This document shows positions 51,346-60,956 of a stretch of DNA of 64,000 bases, piece by piece. The notes under the pieces were generated by a model. It was not told the DNA's origin, ran no database searches, and saw nothing but the letters and a program-made list of their open reading frames with translations. The position numbers were made by a program, and so were the translations under genes. How positions within the stretch are numbered: the stretch's first letter is position 1; every line of letters begins with the position of its first letter. The stretch is from an uncultured delta proteobacterium (GTDB lineage: Bacteria; Myxococcota; Kuafuiibacteriia; Kuafuiibacteriales; Kuafuiibacteriaceae): the NCBI GenBank assembly GCA_963803435.1, contig CAWDML010000003.1, positions 1,024,001-1,088,000 on the forward strand, written 5' to 3'.

Positions 51346-54117
51346 TCACTGAGCGGTGATCGTCACGGTATACGAGTTCACGCAGAGCGGATCGCCGGCG
51401 GTGGCGTCGCCCGCCTGGAGAATCCACGTCCCGACGGGGCTTTGCCCGTTGAACGCGGTCAGATCACCCGTGTTCGGGAGGAAGGTGCCGCTCACGGGCG
51501 TGTTGGCGGGGATGGCGACGGCGCTCTGATCGAAGGTCACTGTCACCGGGGAGATCGCGACGCCCCCGGACCAGGTGCCGGGCGGGGCCAGCACCACCTG
51601 GGTATTCGTGGGGCCCTGGATCCGGAAGCTGGTCTCCGCGTGGTAGGCGTCTGCGCTGGCCGGGGCGGCGCAGCTGCCGTCGGTCTTGAGGAAGTTGATG
51701 GTGACGTCGACATCCGTGATGACGGCCCCCGGCGGGAAGGCGCCGGCGGCGAAGTCGACCATCCCCACGTTGACGCCGAAGGGAGGCGTCGCGTCCACGC
51801 TCACGGTGGGGCCGGGCCAGGTCCCGCTCACGGTGACGATGCCGAGCTCGACCAGCAGGGTCGCGGTGCCCGACACCGCGGTGGGTACGTGCCGGGCCGT
51901 GACGGTGACCGTCCCCACGGCGACGCCGGTGGCGACGCCCCGGGATCCCTCGACGTTGCTGATGGTCGCCGGGCTGCTGGACACGCTCCACGTCACGGAG
52001 TTCGTCACGATGTAACGCGCGCCGTTGGAGAAGGACCCGATCGCGGTGAAGGCCACGGTGTCGCCGATGTCAACGGTCGTGCTGGGCGGCTGCACGCCGA
52101 TCGCGTTCAGCGTGATCCCACCGGAGACGGTCATGGTCGCCGACTGTCCCGACGCGGCGCTGCCGATCCCGGTACCCGGGTCGACCGCCGAGATGGTGGC
52201 GACGCCGGCCGCGAGACCCGTGCCCACGCCGCGCGAGCCGGTGGCGTTGCTCATGTGAACGGCCGTGGTGTTGTCGGAGCCCCAGCTCACCAGCGTGGTG
52301 AGGTCCTGCGTGGCTCCGTTGTCGTACGAGCCCACCGCGATGAACTGGACGTCCGCCCCCACGGGTACGGTGGTGGAGGTCATCACCGCGAGCGACACGA
52401 GGTTGGCGATCGAGACGTTCACGTTCGCCGACTGGTTGCTGGTCGTGCTGCTCACCTGCGTCGCCGGATCGGTCGCCGAGATCACGGCGCTGCCCGACTG
52501 CTGTGCGGTCGCCAGGCCGCCGGGGGCGATCGTGATCGCGGGGGAGCTGCTGTCCCAGACCACCGTCTGCGTGATGACCTGCTGCGAGTCGTCCGTGTAG
52601 TGCCCGGTCGCGGTGAACTGCTGCGTGCCGCCGACCACCATGGTGCGCGTCGGGGGCGTCACCGCGATCGAGGTGAGCGCCGGCGGCGTGATGGTCAGCT
52701 GCGCCGACTGGTTGGCGTCGTCGCTGCTCAACCCGCTCGGCGGATCGAACGCGGAGATCGTGGTGGCACCGACGGCCACGCTGGTGACGAGACCCGCGGC
52801 GTCGATGGTGGCCGCGCCGACGTTCGACGAGTCCCAGAGGACGCGCGCGCTGAGGTCGGCGCTCGAGTTGTCGGAGTAGAGGCCGATCGCGCGGTACTGC
52901 TGCGTGAGCCCGAGGGCCAGGTTGGTCTGCGGCGGCAGGATCACGATGCTCTGGAGCCGGGCGGGGAGGATGGTGAGCACCCCGGAGGTGTGGGTGTCCT
53001 CGCTGCTCTTGCCGCTGGTCGGCTCGACCACGGAGAGCGTGGTCGTGCCGGGCCCGACGGTCGTGATCTCGCCCTGGGCGCCCGGAGTATTGCTCACGGT
53101 GGCGACGCTGGGATCGGAGGAGGACCAGGTGACGGCGGCGGTCAGATCGCGGGTGGCGCCGTCGGTGTAGTCGGCGGTGGCGTGGAAGCTGATGCGCTCA
53201 CCCTGTCCGATCACCGCGGACGTGGGGGTGACGGTGAGCGTCAGGATCGCGGCGGGCACCACGCGAAGCGAGACCGAGGCGTGGACGCCGGAGTCGACGT
53301 GCGTGGCGGTGATCGAGGTGAGTCCCGCGGTGAGCGCGCTGGCGAGCCCGGCCGCGTCGATGGAGGCGATGGCCTCGCTCGAGGACGACCATTGCGCGGT
53401 GGCGGTGATGTCGGCGTCGGTGCCGTCGGCGTAGTGGGCCATGGCCGTGAACTGCTGCGTGCTCCCGACGGGTACCTGGACGGTGGCCGGCTCGACGGTG
53501 ATCGACATGGGAGCGCGCGCGGAGACCGTGATCACCGCCGGGGTCGCCTGCATTCCGCTCGTCGGATCCGTGGCGGAGATCGACGCGACGCCTCGGGCGA
53601 CGGCGGTGACCAACCCGCTCGCCACGCTGGCGACTGTCTCGTCCGTGGTGGTCCAGTCGACGGCGGTCGTGACGTCCATGGTCGTCCCGTCCTCGAAGTG
53701 GGCCATCGCGCGGATCTGGACCGTGGCGCCCTCGTCGATCGTCGCGGTGGTGGGGTCGATGGTGAGCCCGGTGATCTGTCCGGCGGCGACGACGACGTTC
53801 GCGGAGGCGGTCTGATCGTCGAGGGCGGCCTCGATCTTGGTGGTGCCGGCGGCGACGGCGGTGACCACGCCGTTGACCACGGTGGCGACGGTCTCGTCGC
53901 TCGAGCTCCACGCGACGCTGGCCGTGATGTCCTTGGTGGTGCCGTCGCTGTACGCACCGCTCGCCGTGAAGGTGGCGGTGGCGTCGCGCTCGAGCATCGC
54001 GCTTCCGGGCGACAGCGTGATGCTCTCGAGGGTGGTCTGCCCCGGCGGGGGTTGGCGCCGATCGTTGGAGCAGGCGAAGAGGAGGGTCGGGATCAGGAGA
54101 TAGAGCACGCTCCGCAT
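51346..54117 (-). CDS. Ig-like (Big_2) repeat surface lipoprotein with C-terminal proprotein-convertase P-like domain
   Basis: Lipobox LFAC; 8 repeats of I.V.P...QF.A.G.Y.DG...D.T..V.WSSS....A.V...G; C-terminal ITDVDVTI...L.AFNGQSPVGTWIL...D. Confidence 0.88.
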   Translation of the reverse strand: MRSVLYLLIPTLLFACSNDRRQPPPGQTTLESITLSPGSAMLERDATATFTASGAYSDGTTKDITASVAWSSSDETVATVVNGVVTAVAAGTTKIEAALDDQTASANVVVAAGQITGLTIDPTTATIDEGATVQIRAMAHFEDGTTMDVTTAVDWTTTDETVASVASGLVTAVARGVASISATDPTSGMQATPAVITVSARAPMSITVEPATVQVPVGSTQQFTAMAHYADGTDADITATAQWSSSSEAIASIDAAGLASALTAGLTSITATHVDSGVHASVSLRVVPAAILTLTVTPTSAVIGQGERISFHATADYTDGATRDLTAAVTWSSSDPSVATVSNTPGAQGEITTVGPGTTTLSVVEPTSGKSSEDTHTSGVLTILPARLQSIVILPPQTNLALGLTQQYRAIGLYSDNSSADLSARVLWDSSNVGAATIDAAGLVTSVAVGATTISAFDPPSGLSSDDANQSAQLTITPPALTSIAVTPPTRTMVVGGTQQFTATGHYTDDSQQVITQTVVWDSSSPAITIAPGGLATAQQSGSAVISATDPATQVSSTTSNQSANVNVSIANLVSLAVMTSTTVPVGADVQFIAVGSYDNGATQDLTTLVSWGSDNTTAVHMSNATGSRGVGTGLAAGVATISAVDPGTGIGSAASGQSATMTVSGGITLNAIGVQPPSTTVDIGDTVAFTAIGSFSNGARYIVTNSVTWSVSSSPATISNVEGSRGVATGVAVGTVTVTARHVPTAVSGTATLLVELGIVTVSGTWPGPTVSVDATPPFGVNVGMVDFAAGAFPPGAVITDVDVTINFLKTDGSCAAPASADAYHAETSFRIQGPTNTQVVLAPPGTWSGGVAISPVTVTFDQSAVAIPANTPVSGTFLPNTGDLTAFNGQSPVGTWILQAGDATAGDPLCVNSYTVTITAQ

Positions 54118-54131
54118 GGCGGAGCAGGCTA

Positions 54132-54779
54132 TCAGAAGTGCACGCCGATATTCACGAGAACTCCGACCCCCATCCCCCAACAGGCGCCGTCGGCCTGGCC
54201 GGCGCGCTCCCGGGCGGCCTCGAGGGTCTGTATTCTGTCGTTCTCGAGGAGACGGCGGATCGACACGCCCGGCCGCGCCATCGCCAGCGCGTCGACGGCC
54301 ACCACCGCCCCCACCGAGAGGGCGGGCCACATCAGATAGTCCAGGCCGAGCCGGGCGGAGGCGAACAGCCCGTCGCTGTCGAGCCCGTCGTCGAGGCCCC
54401 GGAACATCCTCCGGGCGGTGCCGACGGTCGCGTAGCCGAACCCCAACCCGAGGTACGGCTCGAAGCGCGCGAGGGGGATCCGGAAGCCGAGCTCGGGCCC
54501 GACGCGCCACAACCAGCCTTGCGCGAGGTGGGTCGCCTTCCCCCGGAGACCGAGCGTTACGAAGTAGAGGCGGCCTCCCAGGCCGAGCGAGAGCGCGGGG
54601 CCGCCCGCGCTGGAGGGCTGGACCTCGGCGTCGAGGCCCTCGGTGTCGACGGCGAGCGTCTTCAGCCAGAGGTGGTCGTAGCCGGACTGAGCGTCGGCCC
54701 AGACCCACGTCGACGCGCGCGCCCCTGTGGGGCAGAAGATCGCGAGGGCCGAGGCGACGAGGGCGACTTTCGCATGCAT
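54132..54779 (-). CDS. small outer-membrane beta-barrel protein
   Basis: Signal peptide, amphipathic strands (FEPYLGLGFGYA, ARLGLDY), C-terminal GVHF. Confidence 0.7.
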   Translation of the reverse strand: MHAKVALVASALAIFCPTGARASTWVWADAQSGYDHLWLKTLAVDTEGLDAEVQPSSAGGPALSLGLGGRLYFVTLGLRGKATHLAQGWLWRVGPELGFRIPLARFEPYLGLGFGYATVGTARRMFRGLDDGLDSDGLFASARLGLDYLMWPALSVGAVVAVDALAMARPGVSIRRLLENDRIQTLEAARERAGQADGACWGMGVGVLVNIGVHF

Positions 54780-54845
54780 CGATCCTGCGGAGAGGGTGCA
54801 AGCGCAGGACCACCGGCACGCGAATTTGCTTCGCGTCGAGGCGAC

Positions 54846-54860
54846 CTAGGAGCGTGTAGC
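54846..54860 (+). repeat. 15-bp element-end motif CTAGGAGCGTGTAGC
   Basis: Identical direct copy at 55882-55896; inverted copy at 61038-61052; one-mismatch inverted copy at 43744-43758. Confidence 0.9.
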
Positions 54861-55885
54861 CGGGTCGAATCGACAGCTGGCACTTCGCGCGAAACTGGTG
54901 CTGAGCAGTTCCACTGGCGCGACCGATGCGGCGGTGGCGCGAACCATCACGTGTCTCACACACGTTCGTCTGTGGAGAAGGCGGTTTGCGGAGTGCGTCT
55001 CGAGGGGCTGTACGACCAGCCTCGCGTCGGCGCTCCGCGAAAGATCAGTGATGATCAGGTTGAAGAGATCGTGGTGCAAACGCTGGAAACGACGCCGAAG
55101 GGCCGTACGCTTGGAGCACGCGGAAGATGGCAAAGAATGCCGGGGTGAGCGCCAGTAGCGTCGGACGGATCTGGCGGGCGCTGGCCTCAAGCCCACGTCG
55201 TTCGCGGTTTCAAGTTGTCGAACGATCCGCAGTTCATCTCGAAGATTCGCGACGTCGTCGGTCTGTACATGAGCCGCCCGACAACGCTGTCGTGTTCTCC
55301 TTCGACGAGAAGCCGCAGGTCCAGGCGCTGGAGCGTGCTCAACCACCTTCCGATATCTCGGGATGCCCGAGCGACAGACCCACAACTACATCCGCCACGG
55401 AACGCTCGACCTCTTCGCCGCCCTCAACGTCGCCACGGGCAAGGTCATCGCGCAGACCAAGGCACGACACCGAGCGAAGGACTTCGTCGCATTCCTCGGG
55501 ACATCGACAACGCGGTAGAGCCGGAACTTGACGTTCACGTCATCCTCGACAACCTCGCGACGCACAAGACCACAGGTTAAGAGGTGGCTGCTACGCAATC
55601 CGCGCTTCCAGCTCCACTTCACACCAACCTATTCCTCATGGCTAAACCTGGTGGAACGGTTCTTCGCACTGCTGACCGAGGAAGCACTCACTCGCGGCTC
55701 CACACCAGCGTCCGGTACTTCGCAAGGCATCGTCGACTACGTCGAAGTGCACAACGAAGAAGGCAAGCCCTTCGTATGGACGAAGACGGCCGACGAGATC
55801 CTCGACAAGATCATGGATTTCGGCAGACGCACAAAGCAGGTCCACGCGGATAAATGCGCTAGAAATCAGTGATCCAGCTGACTAG
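54861..55885 (+). pseudogene. IS630-family transposase, 5'-truncated with multiple frameshifts
   Basis: Pieces LRAKLVL, D.PR.GAPRKI, SVGRIW, SNDPQFISKIRDVVGLY, DEK..VQALER, RHGT..LFAALNV, HVILDNL, HFTPTYSSWLNLVERFF, KPFVWTKTADEIL; ends ACTAG. Confidence 0.9.
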
Positions 55886-55955
55886 GAGCGTGTAGCGCGT
55901 AGCGCTACCGCGAGCCCGGTCCGGGTCCCGGTCCCGGTCCCGGTCCCGATGGCGA

Positions 55956-56324
55956 TCATGCAGCCCGGCGTGCGTTCATCGACTTGATGAGGCGCGTGAG
56001 CATCTCGACAACGCGCTTGAGCTTGGCTCTGGCGGCTTGGAGCTTCTGCCCGTTGGCGAGTCGGCGCCTCAAGCAGGTGTGGAGTGAGGCGGCGCTTTCG
56101 GTGCCAGTGCGAAGTGCCATCCGGTAGAAGCGAGCCTTCTCAGGTGGATTGAACTCTCCGGCGCCCTCGGCGGTGTTGTTCACGATGGAATCGGATGCCC
56201 ACCGAAGCTGATCGCGGACGTGAGCGTGACCGGGTTGCAGTTCTTGTGCGATCTCTTCAGCGATGTCGGCATACTCGACGGCGAGCTGGTAGACCTCGAG
56301 CTTCTCGTGATCGAAAGTGACCAT
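55956..56324 (-). CDS. four-helix-bundle protein (23S rRNA IVP / Avd-like family)
   Basis: FDHEKLEVYQLA, DQLRWASDSIVNNTAEG, EKARFYRMA..T..E, VEMLTRLI. Confidence 0.9.
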   Translation of the reverse strand: MVTFDHEKLEVYQLAVEYADIAEEIAQELQPGHAHVRDQLRWASDSIVNNTAEGAGEFNPPEKARFYRMALRTGTESAASLHTCLRRRLANGQKLQAARAKLKRVVEMLTRLIKSMNARRAA

Positions 56325-56654
56325 GCAAGCTTGGAGAAAGTCATCCCCACTTCACGACGATCAACGAGTTTCGGCTCGTCCACCTGGAGGCGCTGAAAGC
56401 GCTCTTCCTCGAAGTCCTGAAGCTTTGCCAGAAAGCAGGTTTGGTGCGCTCGGACACGTCGCACTCGATGGCTCCAAGGTGCAGGCGAACGCGAGCAAGC
56501 ACAAGGCGATGACCTACGAGCGGATGGCCGAGGAGGAGAAGCGGCTGTCTCTCGAGATCGAAGAACTGCTGGAGCGAGCGGGCACGATCGACCAAGAGGA
56601 AGACGAGCGGCTGGGCGTTGAAGAGACTGAAGAGGCCATCCCAGCGGAGCTCGC
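56325..56654 (+). pseudogene. IS1182-family transposase, upstream piece (N-terminus missing)
   Basis: HPHFTTINEFR..HL..L..LF.EVL.LC..AGLV then GHVALDGSKVQANASKHKAMTYERM; cut by the nested insertion at 56655. Confidence 0.88.
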
Positions 56655-56814
56655 TGTGGGTTCCCGCGCTCGGTCCCCACTCGTTTCGCGGGCGAGTTTG
56701 TGATGGTCGAGGGCCGGATTCCCGCGGTGCCCGCTGCGGTGAAGCGGTCGGGAATGGTGGCGGGATTCGGGAACGACGGAGACGGGAGGGCGGACGAGCC
56801 AGAGGCGAGGACCT

Positions 56815-57039
56815 TCAGAAGGGGAGATCGTCGATGTCGAGGTGCCCGTCCTCGTCCGGCTCGTAGAGGCGAGCCTCTTCTGCCGCGATACAGCTGATCT
56901 CGGGTTCGTAGGCGTCCCAGATCGCGGCCGCGACCTCGCCGAGGACATCAAACAATAGAGTGGCTTGCTCGGCGGTCATCGCCGGCAAGGTGATGGTCGC
57001 GTAGAGCTGGGATCGGCAGTGGGGCGGACGACTCTGCAT
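56815..57039 (-). CDS. small acidic protein ending in DDLPF
   Basis: ATG overlaps the ATPase stop (TGATG); 74 aa; C-terminus EPDEDGHLDIDDLPF. Confidence 0.65.
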   Translation of the reverse strand: MQSRPPHCRSQLYATITLPAMTAEQATLLFDVLGEVAAAIWDAYEPEISCIAAEEARLYEPDEDGHLDIDDLPF

Positions 57040-57836
57040 CAGGCGACCTCCGGCGTGGCGGCCTGGACATGCTCGACGGTGACGGTCTTCGCGCGCGCGA
57101 TCGCAGCCGCGTTGAGCGCATGGTGGGCCAAGGCGTTGACCTTACGCGGCAGGCCGTTCGTGGACTGATAAATCGCTTCCATCGCGGCCGGCTCGAAGAG
57201 GGGCAGCTCGCATCCCGCGAGCCGGAGCAGGTGCCCCAGGTAGGGCGGCAGCTCGTCGCGCGTGAGCGCGGCGAGGTGATGGCGGACGATGATGCGCTGC
57301 GAGAGGGCTTCGTGGACCGCCATGGAGAGCCGCCTCCGTAGCTCTGCCTGCCCGATGAAGAGCAGACAGAGACGGTTCTCCGAATCCATCTGGTAGTTGG
57401 TGAGGAGCCGCAGCTCCTCCAACACATCGCTGCGGAGCCGGTGCGCTTCGTCAATGATCAGCAGTGGGCGGATCTTGGACTCCTGGCAGAGTCGCGTGAC
57501 CTCGGTGCGGATACAGGTGTGCAGGGCCGCGCGACTCCTCTCGGTGGGCAGGCCCAGCTCCCAAGCGATCATCTTGTAGAGGTCCATGACGTTGCCGGTG
57601 GTGAGCGCGACGTAGAAGACGCGAAAGAGGCCCGTGTGCAGCGCGCTGACGACCTTCCGGGTCACGGTGGTCTTGCCTCCGCCTGGCTCTCCGGTGAGCA
57701 GGCCGATGCCGCAGAGATCGAGGAGGTAGAGGAGCCGGACTTCCCACTCCTTGGCGCTGGCTGAGATGAAGAGGTCCTCTGCGGCGAGGTCCTTTGCGAA
57801 CGGGTGACGGGTCAAGGCGAAGTGTCTGCGATACAT
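57039..57836 (-). CDS. ExeA-family AAA+ ATPase (transposition helper)
   Basis: MYRRHFAL...PF, Walker A GEPGGGKT, Walker B LLIIDEAH, LFIGQ, LSQRI, GLPRKVN; TGATG coupling to the transposase. Confidence 0.92.
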   Translation of the reverse strand: MYRRHFALTRHPFAKDLAAEDLFISASAKEWEVRLLYLLDLCGIGLLTGEPGGGKTTVTRKVVSALHTGLFRVFYVALTTGNVMDLYKMIAWELGLPTERSRAALHTCIRTEVTRLCQESKIRPLLIIDEAHRLRSDVLEELRLLTNYQMDSENRLCLLFIGQAELRRRLSMAVHEALSQRIIVRHHLAALTRDELPPYLGHLLRLAGCELPLFEPAAMEAIYQSTNGLPRKVNALAHHALNAAAIARAKTVTVEHVQAATPEVA

Positions 57837-59209
57837 CAGCGGTCCTCCTGGTCGTCGTTCTGGGCGAGGCGGGCGAGGTCGAGCCCTCGCCGCGGGGGCT
57901 CGGTGGTGGCCTTGGAGGGCGGCGCCTCGGCGGCGGGCATCGACTCCAATTCCGCCGAGGGACGGTCCCGGCGGACGAAGCAGTTGGCGTAGGCATCGAC
58001 GACCTTGGCGGTCTGCACAATCTGCCCCTTGTGCAAGACCTTGATCGGCCGGCCGGGAGTCGACGGGTCGTAGCGGAGCGTGACGGTCTCGTCGACGAGG
58101 GCGGCGTCGACCTCGTATCCGATTCCGTTGAGGCTCACGACTCAATCCTTGTGGACCTTGCGTTGAGCCTCGAAGAGGAACAGGTCGTCGAGGTCGAGGC
58201 TGGCGCCGTAGCGGACCTCGTCGGCGACCTGCGCCCAGCGGTCGATGGGGGTGTCGCCGTCGAGACCGCGGTGCGGAGCGCGATGGTACTCGCCTTCGAC
58301 CCAGGCCCACAGCCGGCGATTGAGCGCGTCGAGGCTGCTGAGGTCCTCGGGCCTGAGGTGCGGCAGGAGTTGCATCCGCACAGTTCTGAAAAATCGCTCT
58401 TGCTTACCCTTGGCCTGTGGATGGTAGGCGCGCGCGTGGATCAACGTCACGCCGAGCTTGGCGCAGACGAGGGCGAGGTGCTGGGACCGATACGCGGAAC
58501 CGTTATCGACGAACAAGCGTTTCGGAAGTCCTCTCCGCAAGATGGCCTGCTTCAGACAAGGCAAGAAGGCGGCGGTGCTCTCGGACGCCTGGAAGGCCGC
58601 GAAGGGGATGACGCGCGTGGCGTCGTCGAGGAAGGCGATCAGGAAGGTCTTCTTCTTCCTGCGGCCCTCGCAGATCACGGCGGGGCCGTGCATCACGTCG
58701 CTCATCCAGAGATCGCCGGCCTTCTGGAAAGCGAACTTGCGGTGGTCCTTGGTGGTCGGGGCGGCGGGCAGCTTCTGCATCAGGCCGTGGCGCGTGAAGA
58801 GTCGGTGAACGGTCGACGGAGGTAGCGGTAGATCGAGGGGGATCTTTCCGGAGTCGAGTGCCTCCTTGATGACGGCCTTCACCGTCCAGTCGCGGTGCTC
58901 GTCCTTGAGGGCGACGAGGAGGTCCTGAACCTCCTGCGGTATCTTGCGCGAGGTCTCGGCATCGCGCCTGGTCTTGGGGATCAGGGCGTCAAAGCCGCCC
59001 TTTCGGTAGAGCTTGAGCCAGTGGCGGATGGTCTCCACGGCGACGCGCCGCCGCAGAGAGTTGGGGATCTCGTAGTCCTTGTCGGCCTTGAAGTGAAGCA
59101 GATCGTAGAGGCCGCGGTGTCCCGGCGCGAGGTGGACGAGGTCCCCCAGCACGCTGTGCCGAAACAACGCAATCTCGTGAGCGAGCTTCTTCTTGTGGTC
59201 GTCTTCCAT
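57836..59209 (-). CDS. DDE integrase/transposase (rve core + Mu-like C-terminal domain) with one in-frame TGA at 58142-58144
   Basis: HTH region, WMSDVMHG, FLDDATR, LFVDNGSAY, KGKQERFFRTV, YH..PH.GL; the frame continues after the TGA as VVSLNGIGYEV...VTLRYDP. Confidence 0.9.
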
Positions 59210-59254
59210 CGGTAACTCCTCGGTGTGGGCTCGCGATGTGCGAGCGTCCGAGGA

Positions 59255-59923
59255 CTACCGATGCTTGGTCGGCGGATCTGCGCCCGTGTCGTGTTGGAGC
59301 GGCTTTGGACGCGGCCACCGCTGGGCGGGCCGGGGACCGAAACCGAGAGGTGGGGACAGACGCGGCAACCCGCTCGCTGCAATCTCGCGCAGCGCGACCA
59401 GGACACACGAGATGTCGAGACGCGCAGCGAGGGAGGTCAGCGTCGGCGCGCAGCCGGCGAGGCGATCAGGCACGAGGCCGATCAGCGCGTTCGCCGAGGC
59501 GTACACGAGGGCGAGGCGCCGACGCAGCCATCGCAAGGCACCTTGCACCTCGATATCGGGGCGAAGCCTGGCGGCGACCTCCTCCCAGCTCAGCCCTTGA
59601 TGGCGACCTGCCTCGGCCTCTCGAACGACATCATCGACTCTGGCGAGCGAGCCCGGTAGCCGCGAGGACAGGCAGTCGGGCAACAGGCTGAAGGTCTGGT
59701 GAGCTTGCGGGCAATACCAGCGAGCGACGCGGGTCCCTGGGGGCGTCATCCGCTCGTACGGCGTGTGCCTCGCGAAGTCGCAGCCGCCCTTTGGATGCAC
59801 AGGGCAGAAGTCCAGCGTTGCGTTCTCCCAGCCTCGCTCGCTAACGTACTCGTCGCTGGACAGCGCCGTCGCGAAGCGAAGCTGCACAGCCTGGCCCGCA
59901 CGGGGCGAACCGTGGCGGGCCAT
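59255..59923 (-). CDS. putative zinc-binding accessory protein of the transposon (DUF6431-like)
   Basis: GGAGAGGAG RBS; CPVH..GC...RH..YER....RWYC....TFSLLPDCL pattern; first gene of the element operon. Confidence 0.7.
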   Translation of the reverse strand: MARHGSPRAGQAVQLRFATALSSDEYVSERGWENATLDFCPVHPKGGCDFARHTPYERMTPPGTRVARWYCPQAHQTFSLLPDCLSSRLPGSLARVDDVVREAEAGRHQGLSWEEVAARLRPDIEVQGALRWLRRRLALVYASANALIGLVPDRLAGCAPTLTSLAARLDISCVLVALREIAASGLPRLSPPLGFGPRPAQRWPRPKPLQHDTGADPPTKHR

Positions 59924-60100
59924 CTCCTCTCCCGCCTGCCGGTAGCACGACGGCAGGGTGGTGGCTGCGACCAGATGAGCGAAGCCGGGACGGCTCGCTG
60001 GCCGCCGGCTCCGCGCTCTCTTACCTACCAGCCCGGATCAGCGCTGAGCTACCATGGGATGGAGGGGGCGGTGGATCACGATACAGTCCGAGACCCAACA

Positions 60101-60956
60101 CTCGCTCGCCGTGAATCCCGCCTTGCCCGCATTCGAGAAGCGAAGGCTGCGCTGGAACAGGATGCCGCCAGGGCTCGCGCGGAGAAATTGCGCAGGCAAG
60201 CCGAAGAGCAGCAGAGCAAAGCGGATGATGCTCTTGTGGATCGGGTGGAGCAGAAGCGAGCGAGAACTCGAGCCGAGACGAACCATCCCCATCCCCAGAC
60301 CCAACTGAACGAAATGATGGATGGCCGCATCATCGCGTTCCTGCAAATGTGGACGGCACACCGAGGCCCAACGCTCAGAGGAACTTCACCGACTCAGACA
60401 GCAGGATCATGTTGAAGGAGGGAGCGTACCTCCAGGCCTACAATGCCCAAGTTGTCGTAGATGAGCACGCTCAGGTGATTGTCGCCGAAGGGGTCAGCAA
60501 CCAGGCACCTGATCAGCAACACCTCGTCCCGATGCTCCGTGATGTGTTCGGCAACTGCGGCGATGCTCCGCGGAAGATGACGGCAGACAACGGCTATCGA
60601 GCGCGACCAACATCGAATTCTGCGACAACAATCAGATCGATGCCCACATCGCTGTTGGACGCGAACAGAACCAAGACGCGTCGACTCCGTCCTCATCAGC
60701 TTCGGAGCCCACACCTGCCTCGCTCGCTCGCAAGCGAATGCGAGACAAGTTGCAAACGCGCGACGGCAAGGCGGTCTACCCCCGCAGGAAGAGTATCGTC
60801 GAACCGGCGCTCGGACAGATCAAAGCGGCACGAGGATTCCGCCGGTTCTCGCTCCGCTCCTTCTTCAAGGTACAAGCCGAGTGGACGCTGGTCTGCCTCA
60901 CCCACAACCTGCTCAAGCTCTACCGATCGAAGCTCGCGACCGTCGCGAGCGTCTGA
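60101..60956 (+). pseudogene. IS1182-family transposase, downstream piece with frameshifts
   Basis: RRESRLARIREAKAALE; QRNFTDSDSRIM..GAYLQAYNAQVVVD; ADNGY; MRDKL....K.VY.RRKSIVEP.LGQIK. Confidence 0.88.

Larger units (their letters stand above)
56655..60100 (-). mobile_element. TG..CA four-gene DDE transposon with 5-bp target-site duplication
   Basis: Ends TGTGGGT / ACCCAACA; CTCGC duplicated at 56650-56654 and 60101-60105; removing the element restores the IS1182 frame AEL-ARRESRL. Confidence 0.9.

Noticed and set aside
1342-54339. Many long antisense or alternative-frame ORFs (e.g. 7417..9663, 14780..17350, 36520..38829, 51442..54339)
   Set aside because: Shadow ORFs typical of high-GC coding DNA; they are Arg/Gly/Ala-rich, lack motifs and overlap well-supported genes.
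55956-56324. Avd-like gene as part of a diversity-generating retroelement
   Set aside because: No reverse transcriptase and no TR/VR pair with adenine-specific mismatches was seen in the window.
57039-57836. ExeA ATPase as a type II secretion component
   Set aside because: It is coupled to a DDE transposase inside a TSD-bounded element, and no T2SS genes are nearby.
58142-58144. In-frame TGA as selenocysteine
   Set aside because: The position is not a plausible catalytic Cys of a DDE enzyme and no SECIS-like hairpin was recognised.
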